Assembly: GCA_951406725.2 (NCBI GenBank)
Contig: OX597837.1
Span: 6,324,001 to 6,388,000 of the forward strand
Reading direction: 5' to 3'
Length of the DNA: 64,000 nucleotides
Source: Octopus vulgaris
Lineage: Eukaryota
Made by a program: the position numbers and the translations under genes. Position 1 is the stretch's first letter, and every line of letters begins with the position of its first letter. The notes under the pieces were generated by a model. That model made no database searches, was not told the origin of the DNA, and was given only the letters and a program-made list of their open reading frames with translations. Of the stretch, positions 1 through 12,688 are shown piece after piece.

Positions 1-203
1 CCACGCCACCGATGTTATCCAAGGCAAAAGCAAAGGTCAAAACATCTTGATACCAATGATATCGCAGCCCGTTTCTTCAGCTGAATGAACTTGAGTGACG
101 TGAAGTAAACTGTTTTGTTCAAAAACAGAACACAGAGACCCGTCCAGAAATCGAGCTCACTACTTCATGATTGTGAGCCCGACGCTCTAAACACTAACCC
201 ATG
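1..203 (-). mobile_element. Diverged tRNA-derived SINE with CORE-like central segment, running off the window edge
   Basis: The reverse complement has A/B-box-like text (gggttagtgtttagagcg ... gagctcgatttc), then tgtgttctgtttttgaacaaaacagtttacttcacg...ttcattcagctg, which resembles a CORE-type SINE body. Confidence 0.55.
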
Positions 204-206
204 TGT

Positions 207-378
207 TCCTGTAATTTAGCGGTTCCGCAAATGTGACCGATAGAATAATGACAAGGCTTCATAATAAAAATAAATTACTGGGGGTTGATTAAGAATTCTT
301 CATTCGACTAAGAATTCTTCAAGGCGGTACTACAGAATGGCCGCAGTCTCATGATTGAACCAAGTAAGGAGTAAAAGA
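207..378 (+). mobile_element. 3' half of SINE family A
   Basis: gtaatttagcggttccgcaa...accgatagaataa...ggccgcagtctcatgattgaaccaagtaa matches the 3' half of the full copy at 61928-62370. Confidence 0.7.
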
Positions 379-494
379 TCAATCCAAAATCATCGTATAC
401 AATGGATTAGGATTACCATTAGATGGTATTATTAAGAAAATCCCGGTCAAGAATAAATCAATTTTATACTATATATATATTGTTTTGGACACTA

Positions 495-1128
495 GATTCC
501 GGCCATGCTGGAGCGCCGCTTCGAAATATGTTTGATCAAACGAATTTAGTATTTTATTAGAATTTATTTTTTAAGCCTGGCACCTACTGCATTGGTGTCT
601 TTTGCCGAAATGCTAAGTTACTGGGACATCAACACAAGAACACCGGTTGCCAAGTCATATAGGCGGAGAAATACCGACACAAAGTCACAGGCAAATATAG
701 ACACACGTACATACACGTACACACAATCTCTCATACACGCATGCATACACGCTCACTCTCATTTTCACAGATACCACACACAAACAAACACACACTCTCT
801 CTCGCATACACACAGGTACAAACACTCTCACCTACCCTCACATACACAAACATATACACACATACACACTCTTACTCACACGTATACACATACCACACAT
901 ATACACACACGCACACAAACACACACATACACACACACACACACACACACGAATATATATATATATATATGTATGTGTGTACGACGGGTTTGTTTCACCA
1001 TCCGTCAACCATATTCACTTGCTATATCCGTAGCTACAGTACAAGGAATCTGCTGACACTGCCTACCAGTGAGACTGAACCCGGAAACATGTGCTTGGGA
1101 AGAAAAGCTCTTACCACACAGGTCTGCC
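495..1128 (-). mobile_element. Diverged SINE family A copy with expanded internal (CA)/(TA) microsatellite
   Basis: Tail (ggccatgctggagcgccg, ttgccgaaatgctaagttac) and head (actgaacccggaaacatgtg...cttaccacacag) are homologous to 57709-58110. Confidence 0.7.
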
Positions 1129-1214
1129 ACGAAAATTATCGGTTAATTAATTTTAGTAACAACTAATTGTTTTCATAGTTTTCCACAAGGCCAGCAAGTA
1201 CAGGAGAGGTTTGT

Positions 1215-1390
1215 AAATCGATTACCACTACACCAATGTTTACCTGGGACTCCTTTTACCGACTCCAGCAGAACGAAAGGCAAAGTCGACATCGACGGAA
1301 TTGGACCTCAGTATGGGAGTGTCCAAGACGGACGAAATGCTGCTAAGTATTTTATCCGGCATGCTAACAATTCAACCAGCTCACCGTCTT
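1215..1390 (-). mobile_element. Diverged SINE family B (Nin/Deu-domain type)
   Basis: gaaaggcaaagtcgacatcgacggaatt...gacggacgaaatgctgctaagtatttt...accagctcaccgtc is the reverse complement of the 14700-14930 type. Confidence 0.7.
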
Positions 1391-1627
1391 ATGCTCCGTA
1401 AGGATACTGGAGATCATGAATTTCATGATGGAGAATATATCATTTGAGCGGAAATACTAATTAAAATGAATGGTCATTATTTTAGTAATTTAGAGAAACA
1501 AATTAAATTAGCATAAATTAATCCAGCTGATTCATTATTATCATTTTCCCATTCAAATATCCCCTGATGCACAACGCAGGTGATTCCTATTCAAATTATT
1601 ATCTAAAGCCCAGTTGGAAATATATCG

Positions 1628-1698
<71 letters not shown>

Positions 1699-1846
1699 AT
1701 TAAAATGCCACCAGAATCTATCATAGCGAACTCTAAGACAAAGCACCGCCGCATCGTTCGCTAACACTTGCAATTATTATAACAAAAGGAATTATAATAA
1801 TAGTAATAATAGTAATAATAATAAAAAGAACACCAACAACGACAGC

Positions 1847-1882
<36 letters not shown>

Positions 1883-1937
1883 GGTGGTAGTGGTGGTAGT
1901 GGTGGTGGTGGTGGTGGTGGTGGTGGTGGTGGTGGTG

Positions 1938-1999
<62 letters not shown>
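1628..1999. repeat. (CTA)n and (GTA)n/(GTG)n trinucleotide arrays around a unique core that is duplicated at 34838
   Basis: Read directly from the sequence. Confidence 0.9.
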
Positions 2000-2000
<1 letters not shown>

Positions 2001-2628
2001 AGCAGAAACATTGGAACCCATGATGCAACCAAGTAACCGAATTATCTTCCAAAATTCCAACTTCACTGAATCCTGAAGATCTCTTAGTTAACATTTCCAC
2101 TCTCCGAAACTCTTTAACAGTCACGTAATTTTCTCTTCCAAGTAAGGAACCTGTATTATACAAATATAAATCCGAACTGACTATTGACATTACATAGGTC
2201 CTACAACTAACCTCTTTAAGAAGCGCTATAAGGCACATATTTAAGACATTGCCATCAGAAACGGAGCGAATATAAAGGAGTTCAGACTTTTAACAGTAGA
2301 AACACTTAAAATAATTTTAGCTCAATATAAATGACTTAAGCGAAGACACAAGAGCATATTCTCATAAACATAAAATATTACGATCATTTAAGTTCCGTAA
2401 GAATTCTTCGAATTACCAAACAAGAATATTTCAATTCCCAAAATAGACATGTTTAAATATTGCCATCCGAGTCGTCTATTTTCTATATCTGAATGTGTTT
2501 CTACATGTGTGTGTGTTTGCATGTATTCACACACACACACACACACAGAAACGCGCACATACACACACATATATATATACAGTAGTAACTCGGTTTTCGA
2601 AGAACTCTGAACGCGAATAAATCATATT

Positions 2629-2717
<89 letters not shown>

Positions 2718-2732
2718 CTATCCCCAGTTTTG

Positions 2733-2878
<146 letters not shown>

Positions 2879-3594
2879 CACACGCATATATATACGTGTA
2901 AAAAAAAATATATATAGATATAGATAGATAGATGAATAGGTAGATAGATAGATAGAGATAGATAGCTAGGTAAAGCACACACACACACAAACACACATAT
3001 ATATATATACATATATATATATACATATACATATATGTAAACATATATATGTATATATATATATGTATATATATATATGTATATATGTATGCATATATGT
3101 ATATATGTATGTATCTACGTATGTATGTATGTATGCATATATGTATATATCAGTTTAGTATAGTAAGATAGCAGGGTAACACTGTTTGGAGGAGATGATT
3201 GGGAGGTAGGGGGAGGATGATGACATACTGTAACTGAATAAATTAAGAGAATTTAAAAAAAGGTAAGAACAAGATACGTAAATGTGAAAAAGTCTTTTAG
3301 AAATTTAGTATTCAAAAATCGCTTAAAGTAAGAATATTTAAAACGTTAAAAAGAGCTTAAATAGAAAACCTTAAAAAATTCTTTTTTTTTTAGCAATTCA
3401 CTAAAGTCTGAATAGAAAGAATAAAATCTCGAAGAATCTGGAACAAATCTCAATAGGTCTTTTTTATTTCCTTTTTTTGAAAAGTTTCATTGTTATCAAA
3501 TTTTAAATTCGCAAAAGTCTCAAAATTACAAAAGTTTTAAATTTTAAAGTTTCGGAGACTTCGAGAACTTTATGGACGTAAGAAATGGACAGGC

Positions 3595-4085
<491 letters not shown>

Positions 4086-4238
4086 AACATAGAAAAATAC
4101 CTTAGGAAAAATACTTTAGGAAACCAGTTTCGAAATTTCTCCAAGACATAGTGAAAATTATTCCTCATCTCTTAAATATAGAACTGTATTATCTATCTGT
4201 CTGTCTGTTTGTCTGTCTGTTTGTCTGTCTATCCGTCC

Positions 4239-4300
<62 letters not shown>

Positions 4301-4331
4301 ATATCTATCTATCTATCTGTTTGTCTGTCTG

Positions 4332-4387
<56 letters not shown>

Positions 4388-4508
4388 ACTTTCTTTCTAT
4401 CATCTTTCTTTCTATCTTTCTCTCTGCTTGTTTGTCTGTGTCTCTGTCTGTCTATCTATTTTTCTGTCTGTCTATACATACATAAATGCATACATACATA
4501 TATAAATA

Positions 4509-4547
<39 letters not shown>

Positions 4548-5134
4548 ACACAGATATGTTATTTCTACAAATTCCTTTGGCTCCTTTCCAAGGATTCTCT
4601 TACTATTTATTATAAATCTTCGCACAACTTCCATTTTATTTCTATTAATTTCAAAACTTATTTCGTCTTCTTCTTATTCCCCTTCATAAATTCTGTGCAA
4701 TGTTTACGCTATTCGTTTACTTTCAATATATACACATATCTAAAGTGAGTGCACTATTATAAATTTATTGTGCTTTCGTCTATTATTTCCTAGCAATTTT
4801 ATTTGTCATTTGTTCGACGCTAACAATAGTATTCCGGAGATTTTGGCAGAAAGTTTATCTTTTGAGAGAGAAAAAAAAGACAACAATAATCCCTGTTTCC
4901 AATGCAAATGCTACACTGATTTCATAATCTCGTAATATTAAATTCATGCTACAAGTACAAAAATCCATTTAAAACTTATCCCAGTATCGTTCTTGTTACT
5001 GATAAGTTTATTAATGGCATGGTTTATATATTTTAAAATGGCGTTGTTTCGTTTCTTTTTTTACGCCGCGTTAATAATTTGCCTACGGGCATATGGCGTA
5101 CTGGTTAAAAAGCCCGCTCGATTACATGCAGAGA

Positions 5135-5213
<79 letters not shown>

Positions 5214-5243
5214 CATAATGATGATGATAAAAACGATAAACGT

Positions 5244-5420
5244 CGCCCTTCGGAAGCTTAGCAAGGCTCATGGGCCCGGTTTCTCGGTTTCTGTGACCTA
5301 TATGATCCCCCCAGCTGGACGGGACGCCAGTCCATCGTAGCGTTACTCAAGAAACAGGATAAAGAGAGCGAGAGAAAGTTGTGGCGAAAAAGTACAACAT
5401 GGGTCAACACCCCCCTGCCG
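5244..5420 (-). mobile_element. SINE family C fragment with tail type 2
   Basis: Reverse complement of the body and tail of 36621-36910 (gaaaccgggcccatgagcct; gatggactggcgtcccgtccagctgggggg). Confidence 0.75.
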
Positions 5421-5450
5421 AATGAGAACCCAGGTTCGAAATTTCCCCAA

Positions 5451-5496
5451 GACACCTGATGAAGGCTGGAGAGTATATCAGCCGAAACGTTGTGTT
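5451..5496 (+). ncRNA. Minimal type I hammerhead ribozyme (Penelope pLTR type)
   Basis: GACAC-CUGAUGA-A-GGCUG(gagaguauau)CAGCC-GAAA-CG-UU-GUGUU: stem I GACAC/GUGUU, canonical core, 5-bp stem II, palindromic stem III AACGUU. Confidence 0.8.
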
Positions 5497-5832
5497 AAAA
5501 ACAAACAAAATGAGGACTAATATCCGTCAAATATAAATAATGTAAATAATGGCGTTGTTACGTTTCGTTTTTTTCTTCTTTGTTTTCTTTTTTTTTCTGT
5601 ACCGCGTTAGTAACTTGCACTCCATTATATATTTTGAAATATCGTATAATAATCATATCTCAGATATTTGTGTAGGTATCTATATCAACATCTATATTTC
5701 TTAGTTTGTTCACCAATCGTGGATGTAATGGTGTTAATGGTTAATTTGTGTAGGTGCGGAAAAAAAGTATTTCTTATACTTTGTAAATTATTCGTCCTAA
5801 GATACCGAAGTAATTACAACCGATTCAGAATC

Positions 5833-5890
5833 AGTTCTGCTGAGGATCATAAGACGTAAGTTGAATGTGAAATCACGGTGATACAGAACT
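5833..5890 (+). ncRNA. Type I hammerhead ribozyme
   Basis: AGUUCUG-CUGAGGA-(UCAUaaGAC GUAA GUUgaAUGU)-GAAA-UCAC G GUGA-UA-CAGAACU; perfect 7-bp stem I; predicted cut between 5883 and 5884. Confidence 0.8.
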
Positions 5891-6312
5891 AAATTCATTT
5901 TTTAAATGTCTTGCTTTGAAGAACTGCATTTGGGTATGATTAGTATAATTTTGGTAGTAATGACTTTGTCCCTCTTAGTGTGAGGCATTTATGTGTAATA
6001 ATGCCCTCTATACAATATAGATATAATTAATTTGTTCAAAAGAAAAAAAATATTTTCGAATTCTTTTCTTTTATGAGGTTTTTCACGCTAACTACCTGAT
6101 AATTTCTTGTTAAGATTCCTTATTAAGAGGTTATCCTCAATTGTTAAACTTATTCCGAAATACTTTTCTTATCCGACATGCAGTTTGAAAAAAGCCTGCC
6201 ATTTACCGAATATATGATTTATAAACATTCCATGTGCTTGGCCGGAGTGAATAGATGTCTGTTCGTCTTCGCTACGTAAGGTTGGTGGTTTATTTATGAT
6301 GTGTTCAGAATC

Positions 6313-6370
6313 AGTTCTGCTGAGGATCATAAGACGTAAGTTGAATGTGAAATCACGGTGATACAGAACT
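6313..6370 (+). ncRNA. Type I hammerhead ribozyme (second copy)
   Basis: Identical to 5833-5890, 480 nt downstream. Confidence 0.8.
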
Positions 6371-6491
6371 AAATTCATTTTTTAAATGTCTTGCTTTGAA
6401 GAACTGCATTTGGGTATGATTAGTATAATTTTGGTAGTAATGACTTTGTCCCTCTTAGTGTGAGGCATTTATGTGTAATAATGACCTCTAT

Positions 6492-6532
<41 letters not shown>

Positions 6533-6792
6533 TCATATATATGTATATATATATATACATATGTATGTATGCATATACATATGAATATATATATATATGT
6601 ATGTATATATATATTCGCTTATAAATATACACACATATATAATTATATAAATTTTGTGTCACATTAAGTCTCGTCAGGCACTTTCCTTTAAAGTATATTT
6701 AGATGTTTTGTGGCTCAAAAAAATTAAAGCAAAACTGAGCAATATTGTTTCTAAATTATCAAATTAATATCGAAATAAAATAAAATAATAAA

Positions 6793-6841
<49 letters not shown>

Positions 6842-7315
6842 AAATGAAGAAATTGCTAAGCAAATGAAAATTGTCTATTTTATTATCTGTCCGTATTTAA
6901 TCTTTTCTATACGATGAAAAAAAAAATGAACAACATTTGAGAAAATGAAAAATAACAAAAAATAAAATGAAGAACAGGAAAAATGGCTGAAATGTGTGAG
7001 GGAAAAATGGAAATATACTTATAAAAATTTACAAAAATAATAGAATATATAATTTGTACATTGAATATTCCAAAATAAATTCAATTTCTAAAGACTATTA
7101 ATAATTTCCTGTAAGATTTGTCAATGTAGCATCAATCTAGTACGCTGAAAATTACATTATCTTTCTCCCGGCGGGATTCGTTGGTGGTCTATTAGAAGAT
7201 TCCGTCGAAGTAAATTTACACGTCCAATACTAACATACACGTACATGTATATGGGTGTGCATGCGTATTTGTGTGTATGTATGTATGTATGTATGTATGT
7301 ATGTATGTATGTATG

Positions 7316-7370
<55 letters not shown>

Positions 7371-7480
7371 ATATGTATATATACATGTGTGTGTTTATGC
7401 TTGTATATATATATAAATATATATTGATATATATATAATCATACACACATATATAAATATATGTCCACAATAATGTCGAC

Positions 7481-7531
<51 letters not shown>

Positions 7532-7668
7532 GTGGAACAAATACACACACACACACACACACACACGTATATATATATATATATATATATACATAGACTT
7601 ATACTTACAAGCAGATACTGATATATTTCAAATATATATATATATATACTTATACATTCTAATTCATA

Positions 7669-7710
<42 letters not shown>

Positions 7711-8463
7711 TTAATACACACAAACACACACACACATACAAACACACATGTGTGTATGTATGTCTTTATACATACAACTTTATACATATAGACATATAGA
7801 TATTTTTTTTATCTTTATTTGTACATTTCGATATATACTATATATATATATACATGTATATATATTTTTTATGTATGTATATATCTATGTATGTATATAT
7901 GTTAGACATATATATATAATTATATATATATACTTTTCTCTATATATTTTATATCTATAAATATAGACACACACGCCACACACTCACACCCACTTTCTCT
8001 CTCTCTCTCTCCTCTGACACACATTCACACACACATATGCATACTTATATGCAACTGCATAATATGCAAAGTTGCACTGGATCTCTCCTTGCCAATATAT
8101 ATTCTCTTCTATACTTAACATTTATTTTAAATATATTTATTCCTTAACTCTTGTATTGCAGATAGACTTACTATGCCTATAAAATTAAATAATACTCTTT
8201 TCAAGCGCACGATTCTGCTCAAATGATTTATAAAAATGTTAAATGCAACGCAAATTAGTTTTAATGTTTATTTTTCTACCAAATAGTTTTAAGCTTTTAC
8301 GCTTAACGTGGAGTAGTATGTTTACGTGTCTGAAGAGGCTGTCATTAAATTTTGAAACGTAAAGAAACACGTTAGTAATTTGTAGAGTTTGATACACAGA
8401 CAGACAAACACTTACATACAAGAATGCACAAACACACTCACACATACACACATACTCACACAG

Positions 8464-8500
<37 letters not shown>

Positions 8501-8520
8501 CATTTAAAGATATATTTTAG

Positions 8521-8659
<139 letters not shown>

Positions 8660-9269
8660 CATACATTTAAAGATGTATTTTTAATATATACATGCATAAT
8701 CAAATATCGATTGATTTTCGTTATTCTTCACCTCTGCCTACGTGGATTGTTTTCGAGTACTTTGTTTTTGTCCGGAAATCTCTTTTTAAAGTAGAAAAAA
8801 TAGCTAAGGTTCTTTGGCTGCTATTTCTACACTTCGGTATGTGGTAAAGCAAATCTTTGCTGAACCCTAATTATAAAATATTACTTACGTTTACCGAGGA
8901 ATGGTCCCTTTTCATGCCGAATTCTACTTGGAGAAATTATTGATTACTAGTTAATTAATTAATGTTACCCTTTGTTATTATTGATAATATAATTTTTCTC
9001 GGATAAAAAAATACAGATTTTTCTGTAGTGTCGTTACTTGACGATACACGTGGATAGGCAGGGGAATGTGATGAACCTCATTCGTATGTTCTGCATTACT
9101 CCAGCATCGCTGACTTTGATCTGCTTTCTTTTCATTTTGTAGTTTTGCTTTGTACCTTCTCGCATAGTTCCGGTTTTACGCAGCAACATTCTTTAAAATA
9201 TGTATGTATTTATGTGCGAGTGTATGTATGTGTGTATATATGCATGCGTGAGTGTATGTATGTGTATGT

Positions 9270-9549
9270 TCACTGTGAGCATGACCGACCAGGCCATCAG
9301 ATGTTGATACAGATCGCTGGTCACAATGTGCTTCGCACTGTTTTAGCCTTCAAATGACGCCACCCCGCTGGTTAAGCGAGCAGGCCAACAGAAGAGTACA
9401 GCAGGGATCGCCACCAACCCCTGCCGGAACTTCCTGGAGCTTTAAGTGTTTTCGCTCAATAAACACTCACAACGTCCTGTCTGGTAATCGAAACCGCAAT
9501 CCTACGACCGCGAGTCCGCTGCCATAACCACTGGGCCATTGCGCCTCCA
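9270..9549 (-). mobile_element. tRNA-derived SINE family C, tail type 1 (full length)
   Basis: Head on the reverse strand tggaggcgcaatggcccagtggtta...ggtttcgattacc has A and B boxes. Body shared with 36621; tail shared with 59391. Confidence 0.85.
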
Positions 9550-9599
9550 CCTATGTGTATGTATGTAGGCATATACGTATGTATGGGTGTGTGTATCTC

Positions 9600-9812
9600 T
9601 GTTTCTGTGTTTATGCCCCATCACCGCTTGACAACCGGTCTGTGTGTGTGTTTACGTCCCCGTAACATGAGCGGTTCGGCAACAGGTACCGATAGAATAA
9701 GTACCAGGTTTTACAACAAAACATTTATCATTTGATTAAAATTTCTTCAAGGTGCTGCCCCAGCATGGCCGCCCGTCTAATTACGAAAACAATTAAACGA
9801 ATAAAAGATAAA
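9600..9812 (+). mobile_element. 3' half of SINE family A
   Basis: cgcttgacaaccgg...gtttacgtccccgtaac...gcggttcggcaa...accgatagaataagtacc...ccagcatggccgc. Confidence 0.75.
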
Positions 9813-10298
9813 CGACAAAAGATAGCGCTAGTGAAAACCTATCTGAAAGGAAATAGGATTTTCGCTGCTAGAATTCCAAAATCTTTGATCACACGAATGC
9901 TAGATCCTGGGGCCAATTCGAGAAAATCACCAAAAATTACATCTATTAAATAACAAAATTCTTTCCAACTCCTCCTGCTCCGCTTCCTGTTTGTCTCTTC
10001 CCAATATGGCTTATACGCGGTCTGTGTTTGTTTTAAATGGTATCTTCAATATCTCTCTCCTTTAAGCACTTTTCAAGTCCCATTGTTATGTCGTAGATAC
10101 ATATGGAAAGTAATTATCTTTTTATTTTTCCTCTCAGTTTCTTCGAACAACCGTTTCTCTTACTAATATCCGTTATTTCCTGCTGATATCCCTTCCATTG
10201 TTGCTCAAGTCCCGAGTCGTTCCTTGCAGTTACGGCTCGGGAAAGAAACCTCTCGCTGTTATGGCGGTCGTTCCTCTTATCGATTCCATTGTCATTCG

Positions 10299-10299
<1 letters not shown>

Positions 10300-10378
<79 letters not shown>

Positions 10379-10435
10379 ATGATGATGATGATGATGATGA
10401 TGATTATGATGATGATGATGATGATGATGATGATT

Positions 10436-10507
<72 letters not shown>

Positions 10508-11017
10508 GTGTCGAAGTTTGCTGATGATGTTCAAATTCCTAATTTTGTTGCTACGGTTATTATTTTAGTTGTTCTTGTTGTTATTGCTGGTCGTGGTGAT
10601 GGTGGTGGTTGTGGTGTTGTTGTGGTTGCTGCTGGTATTGATGGTGGTGGTTGTGGTGGTGGTGTTGTTGTTGTTGTTGGTGGTGGTGGTGTTGTTGCTG
10701 CTGGTGGTGATGGTGGTGGTTGTGGTGGTGGTGTTGTTGTTGTTGGTGGTGGTGGTGTTGTTGTTGTTGGTGGTGATGGTGGTGGTTGTGGTGTTGTTGT
10801 TGTTGCTGCTGGTAGTGATGGTGGTGGTTGTGGTGGTGGTGTTGTTGTTGTTGTTGTTGGTGGTGGTGTTGTGCTGCTGCTGGTGGTGATGGTGGTGGTT
10901 GTGGTGGTGGTGTTGTTGTTGTTGGTGGTGGTGGTGTTGTTGTTGTTGTTGGTGGTGATGGTGGTGGTTGTGGTGTTGTTGTTGTTGCTGCTGGTAGTGA
11001 TGGTGGTGGTTGTGGTG

Positions 11018-11049
<32 letters not shown>

Positions 11050-11370
11050 GTTGTTGCTGCTGGTGGTGATGGTGGTGGTTGTGGTGGTGGTGTTGTTGTT
11101 GTTGGTGGTGGTGGTGTTGTTGTTGTTGGTGGTGATGGTGGTGGTTGTGGTGTTGTTGTTGTTGCTGCTGGTAGTGATGGTGGTGGTTGTGGTGGTGTTG
11201 TTGTTGTTGTTGTTGTTGCTGCTGGTAGTGATGGTAGTGGTTGTGGTGGTGGTGTTGTTGTTGTTGTTGGTGGTGGTGTTGTTGTTGTTGGTGGTGATGG
11301 TGGTGGTTGTGGTGTTGTTGTTGTTGTTGTTGGTGGTGGTGGTGATGGTAGTGGTGGTGGTGTTTGGGTA
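10300..11370. repeat. (GAT)n array followed by a GGT/GTT/GCT compound-triplet minisatellite
   Basis: Read directly; recurring higher-order blocks such as gctgctggtagtgatggtggtggttgtggt. Confidence 0.9.
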
Positions 11371-11659
11371 ATAATAGCAGTAGTAGAAGTAATAATAGTG
11401 GTTGTGGTACTACTGGTGCTGATCTTATCCCTATTTATATAAATTTATATATATATATATATATATAATATTAAAAAAACTCCCACCTTTTATCAATTCA
11501 AAATTAATAATTAAATTACACCATCTAGAAAATTACATATAATAGAAAAGTTAAATTAAAATAAGAATTAAAAAGTAAAGATTAAGTAAAATTACAAGAA
11601 TAATGTAATGCATATAATAGGTAGAAAAACAATTATAATTATTATATATATATATTTTT

Positions 11660-11699
<40 letters not shown>

Positions 11700-12432
11700 T
11701 AGAAAATAGTAAAAAGTGAAAAAACTACTGAAGGCTTAAAGGTTAAAATATATATATATTTGCGTCAATATGTCTGAAGAATATTAAAAAATTTTTTCTT
11801 ACAATGACATAATTTAGAAGAAAGACCGGTTTCGCGTTTAGCTTTTCAAATTTCTTGCGACGTTATGTTTATCTTGAACATACATATATATACTCATACA
11901 CACACACACATATATATATTGCCTTTTTACCTTGGGTGATTTAATCTTTGTACAATCAATTATATAGCTGATCACATTTTAAAATATCACACTTAAATAC
12001 AAAGACGGACCAAAAATGAGAGATGAAAATGGAAGGGAAAGAAAAGAAATGCCAGTGGATATAAAATAACAGATATGGGAGACGGGTCGCCGGGTTCCAT
12101 ATCCCAGAAAAAATGGGGTTCCCTATTCCTTTCCGCAGTAATCGCTGTGATGACGTATCCGTGGAGACTGGCCAGTGGCACTCGCTGCAGCAACAACGTC
12201 ACCTCACAGGAATTTATTTTCCAGACAGATCATTGTTATCCCGATTTGGATTATCAACAAAGGTGACCAAGGTGAAACAGAGGAATCTCATCAGATTTGA
12301 ATAATGTGGTTTGTGACGAGTTAAAGTAAAGAAGCCATTAATATTTGTTTTGTAATACGGACGATGTAAGGCGGTGGGGAGGAAGAAATTTCATCTTTCA
12401 GATTGCAATTTTTGAATTGTTAGAAATAAAAT

Positions 12433-12688
12433 TACGGAGATGTACTTGCATAGCGAGTGACCTGATCTGAGATCGTGTGCTGGAACGAAAGTAATTAGAG
12501 CGTGGAAGGTGTTTATAAGCCATTTAAGAAACACACAAAAATGCAGCACGAAGTTTTATCAGTGAACAGGTCACGGTCTCAGAGCGACGAAAATATTTTG
12601 ACAAATTAAATTTAAATGTTGAAGTGATTCTCACGGTGTTTGTGTGTTTCTTTAAATGGCATATAAACACCTTCCACGCGGCAATTGT
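12433..12688. mobile_element. TSD-flanked 256-bp element with internal inverted repeat and variant hammerhead (Penelope-like fragment)
   Basis: 16-bp direct repeats ttgttagaaataaaat at 12417-12432 and 12689-12704; about 40-bp inverted repeats at 12500-12539 and 12639-12679. Confidence 0.7.
12555..12605 (+). ncRNA. Minimal hammerhead-like motif with G3:C8 core variant
   Basis: UUUAUCA-GUGAACA-G-GUCAC(ggucucaga)GCGAC-GAAA-AUAU-UU-UGACAAA; one mismatch each in stems I and II. Confidence 0.55.

Larger units (their letters stand above)
5824..6499 (+). mobile_element. 1.4-mer of a 480-bp hammerhead-bearing repeat (retrozyme/Penelope-pLTR-like), subfamily 2
   Basis: 196-bp near-identical direct repeats at 5824-6019 and 6304-6499 (offset 480), each with an HHR. 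Homologous along its length to the 19651-22004 unit. Ends in (TA)n. Confidence 0.85.

Noticed and set aside
6169-6378. 69-aa ORF antisense to the hammerhead repeat as an encoded protein
   Set aside because: It is not preserved as an equivalent ORF in the homologous 19.6-22 kb units.
10289-11442. 360-aa and 204-aa Gly/Val-rich ORFs
   Set aside because: They are triplet-repeat artefacts with a frame slip and no splice or start context.
11993-12304. Short complex-sequence ORFs as exons
   Set aside because: There is no recognisable protein similarity and no convincing splice-site pair. Small exons cannot be excluded without RNA-seq.
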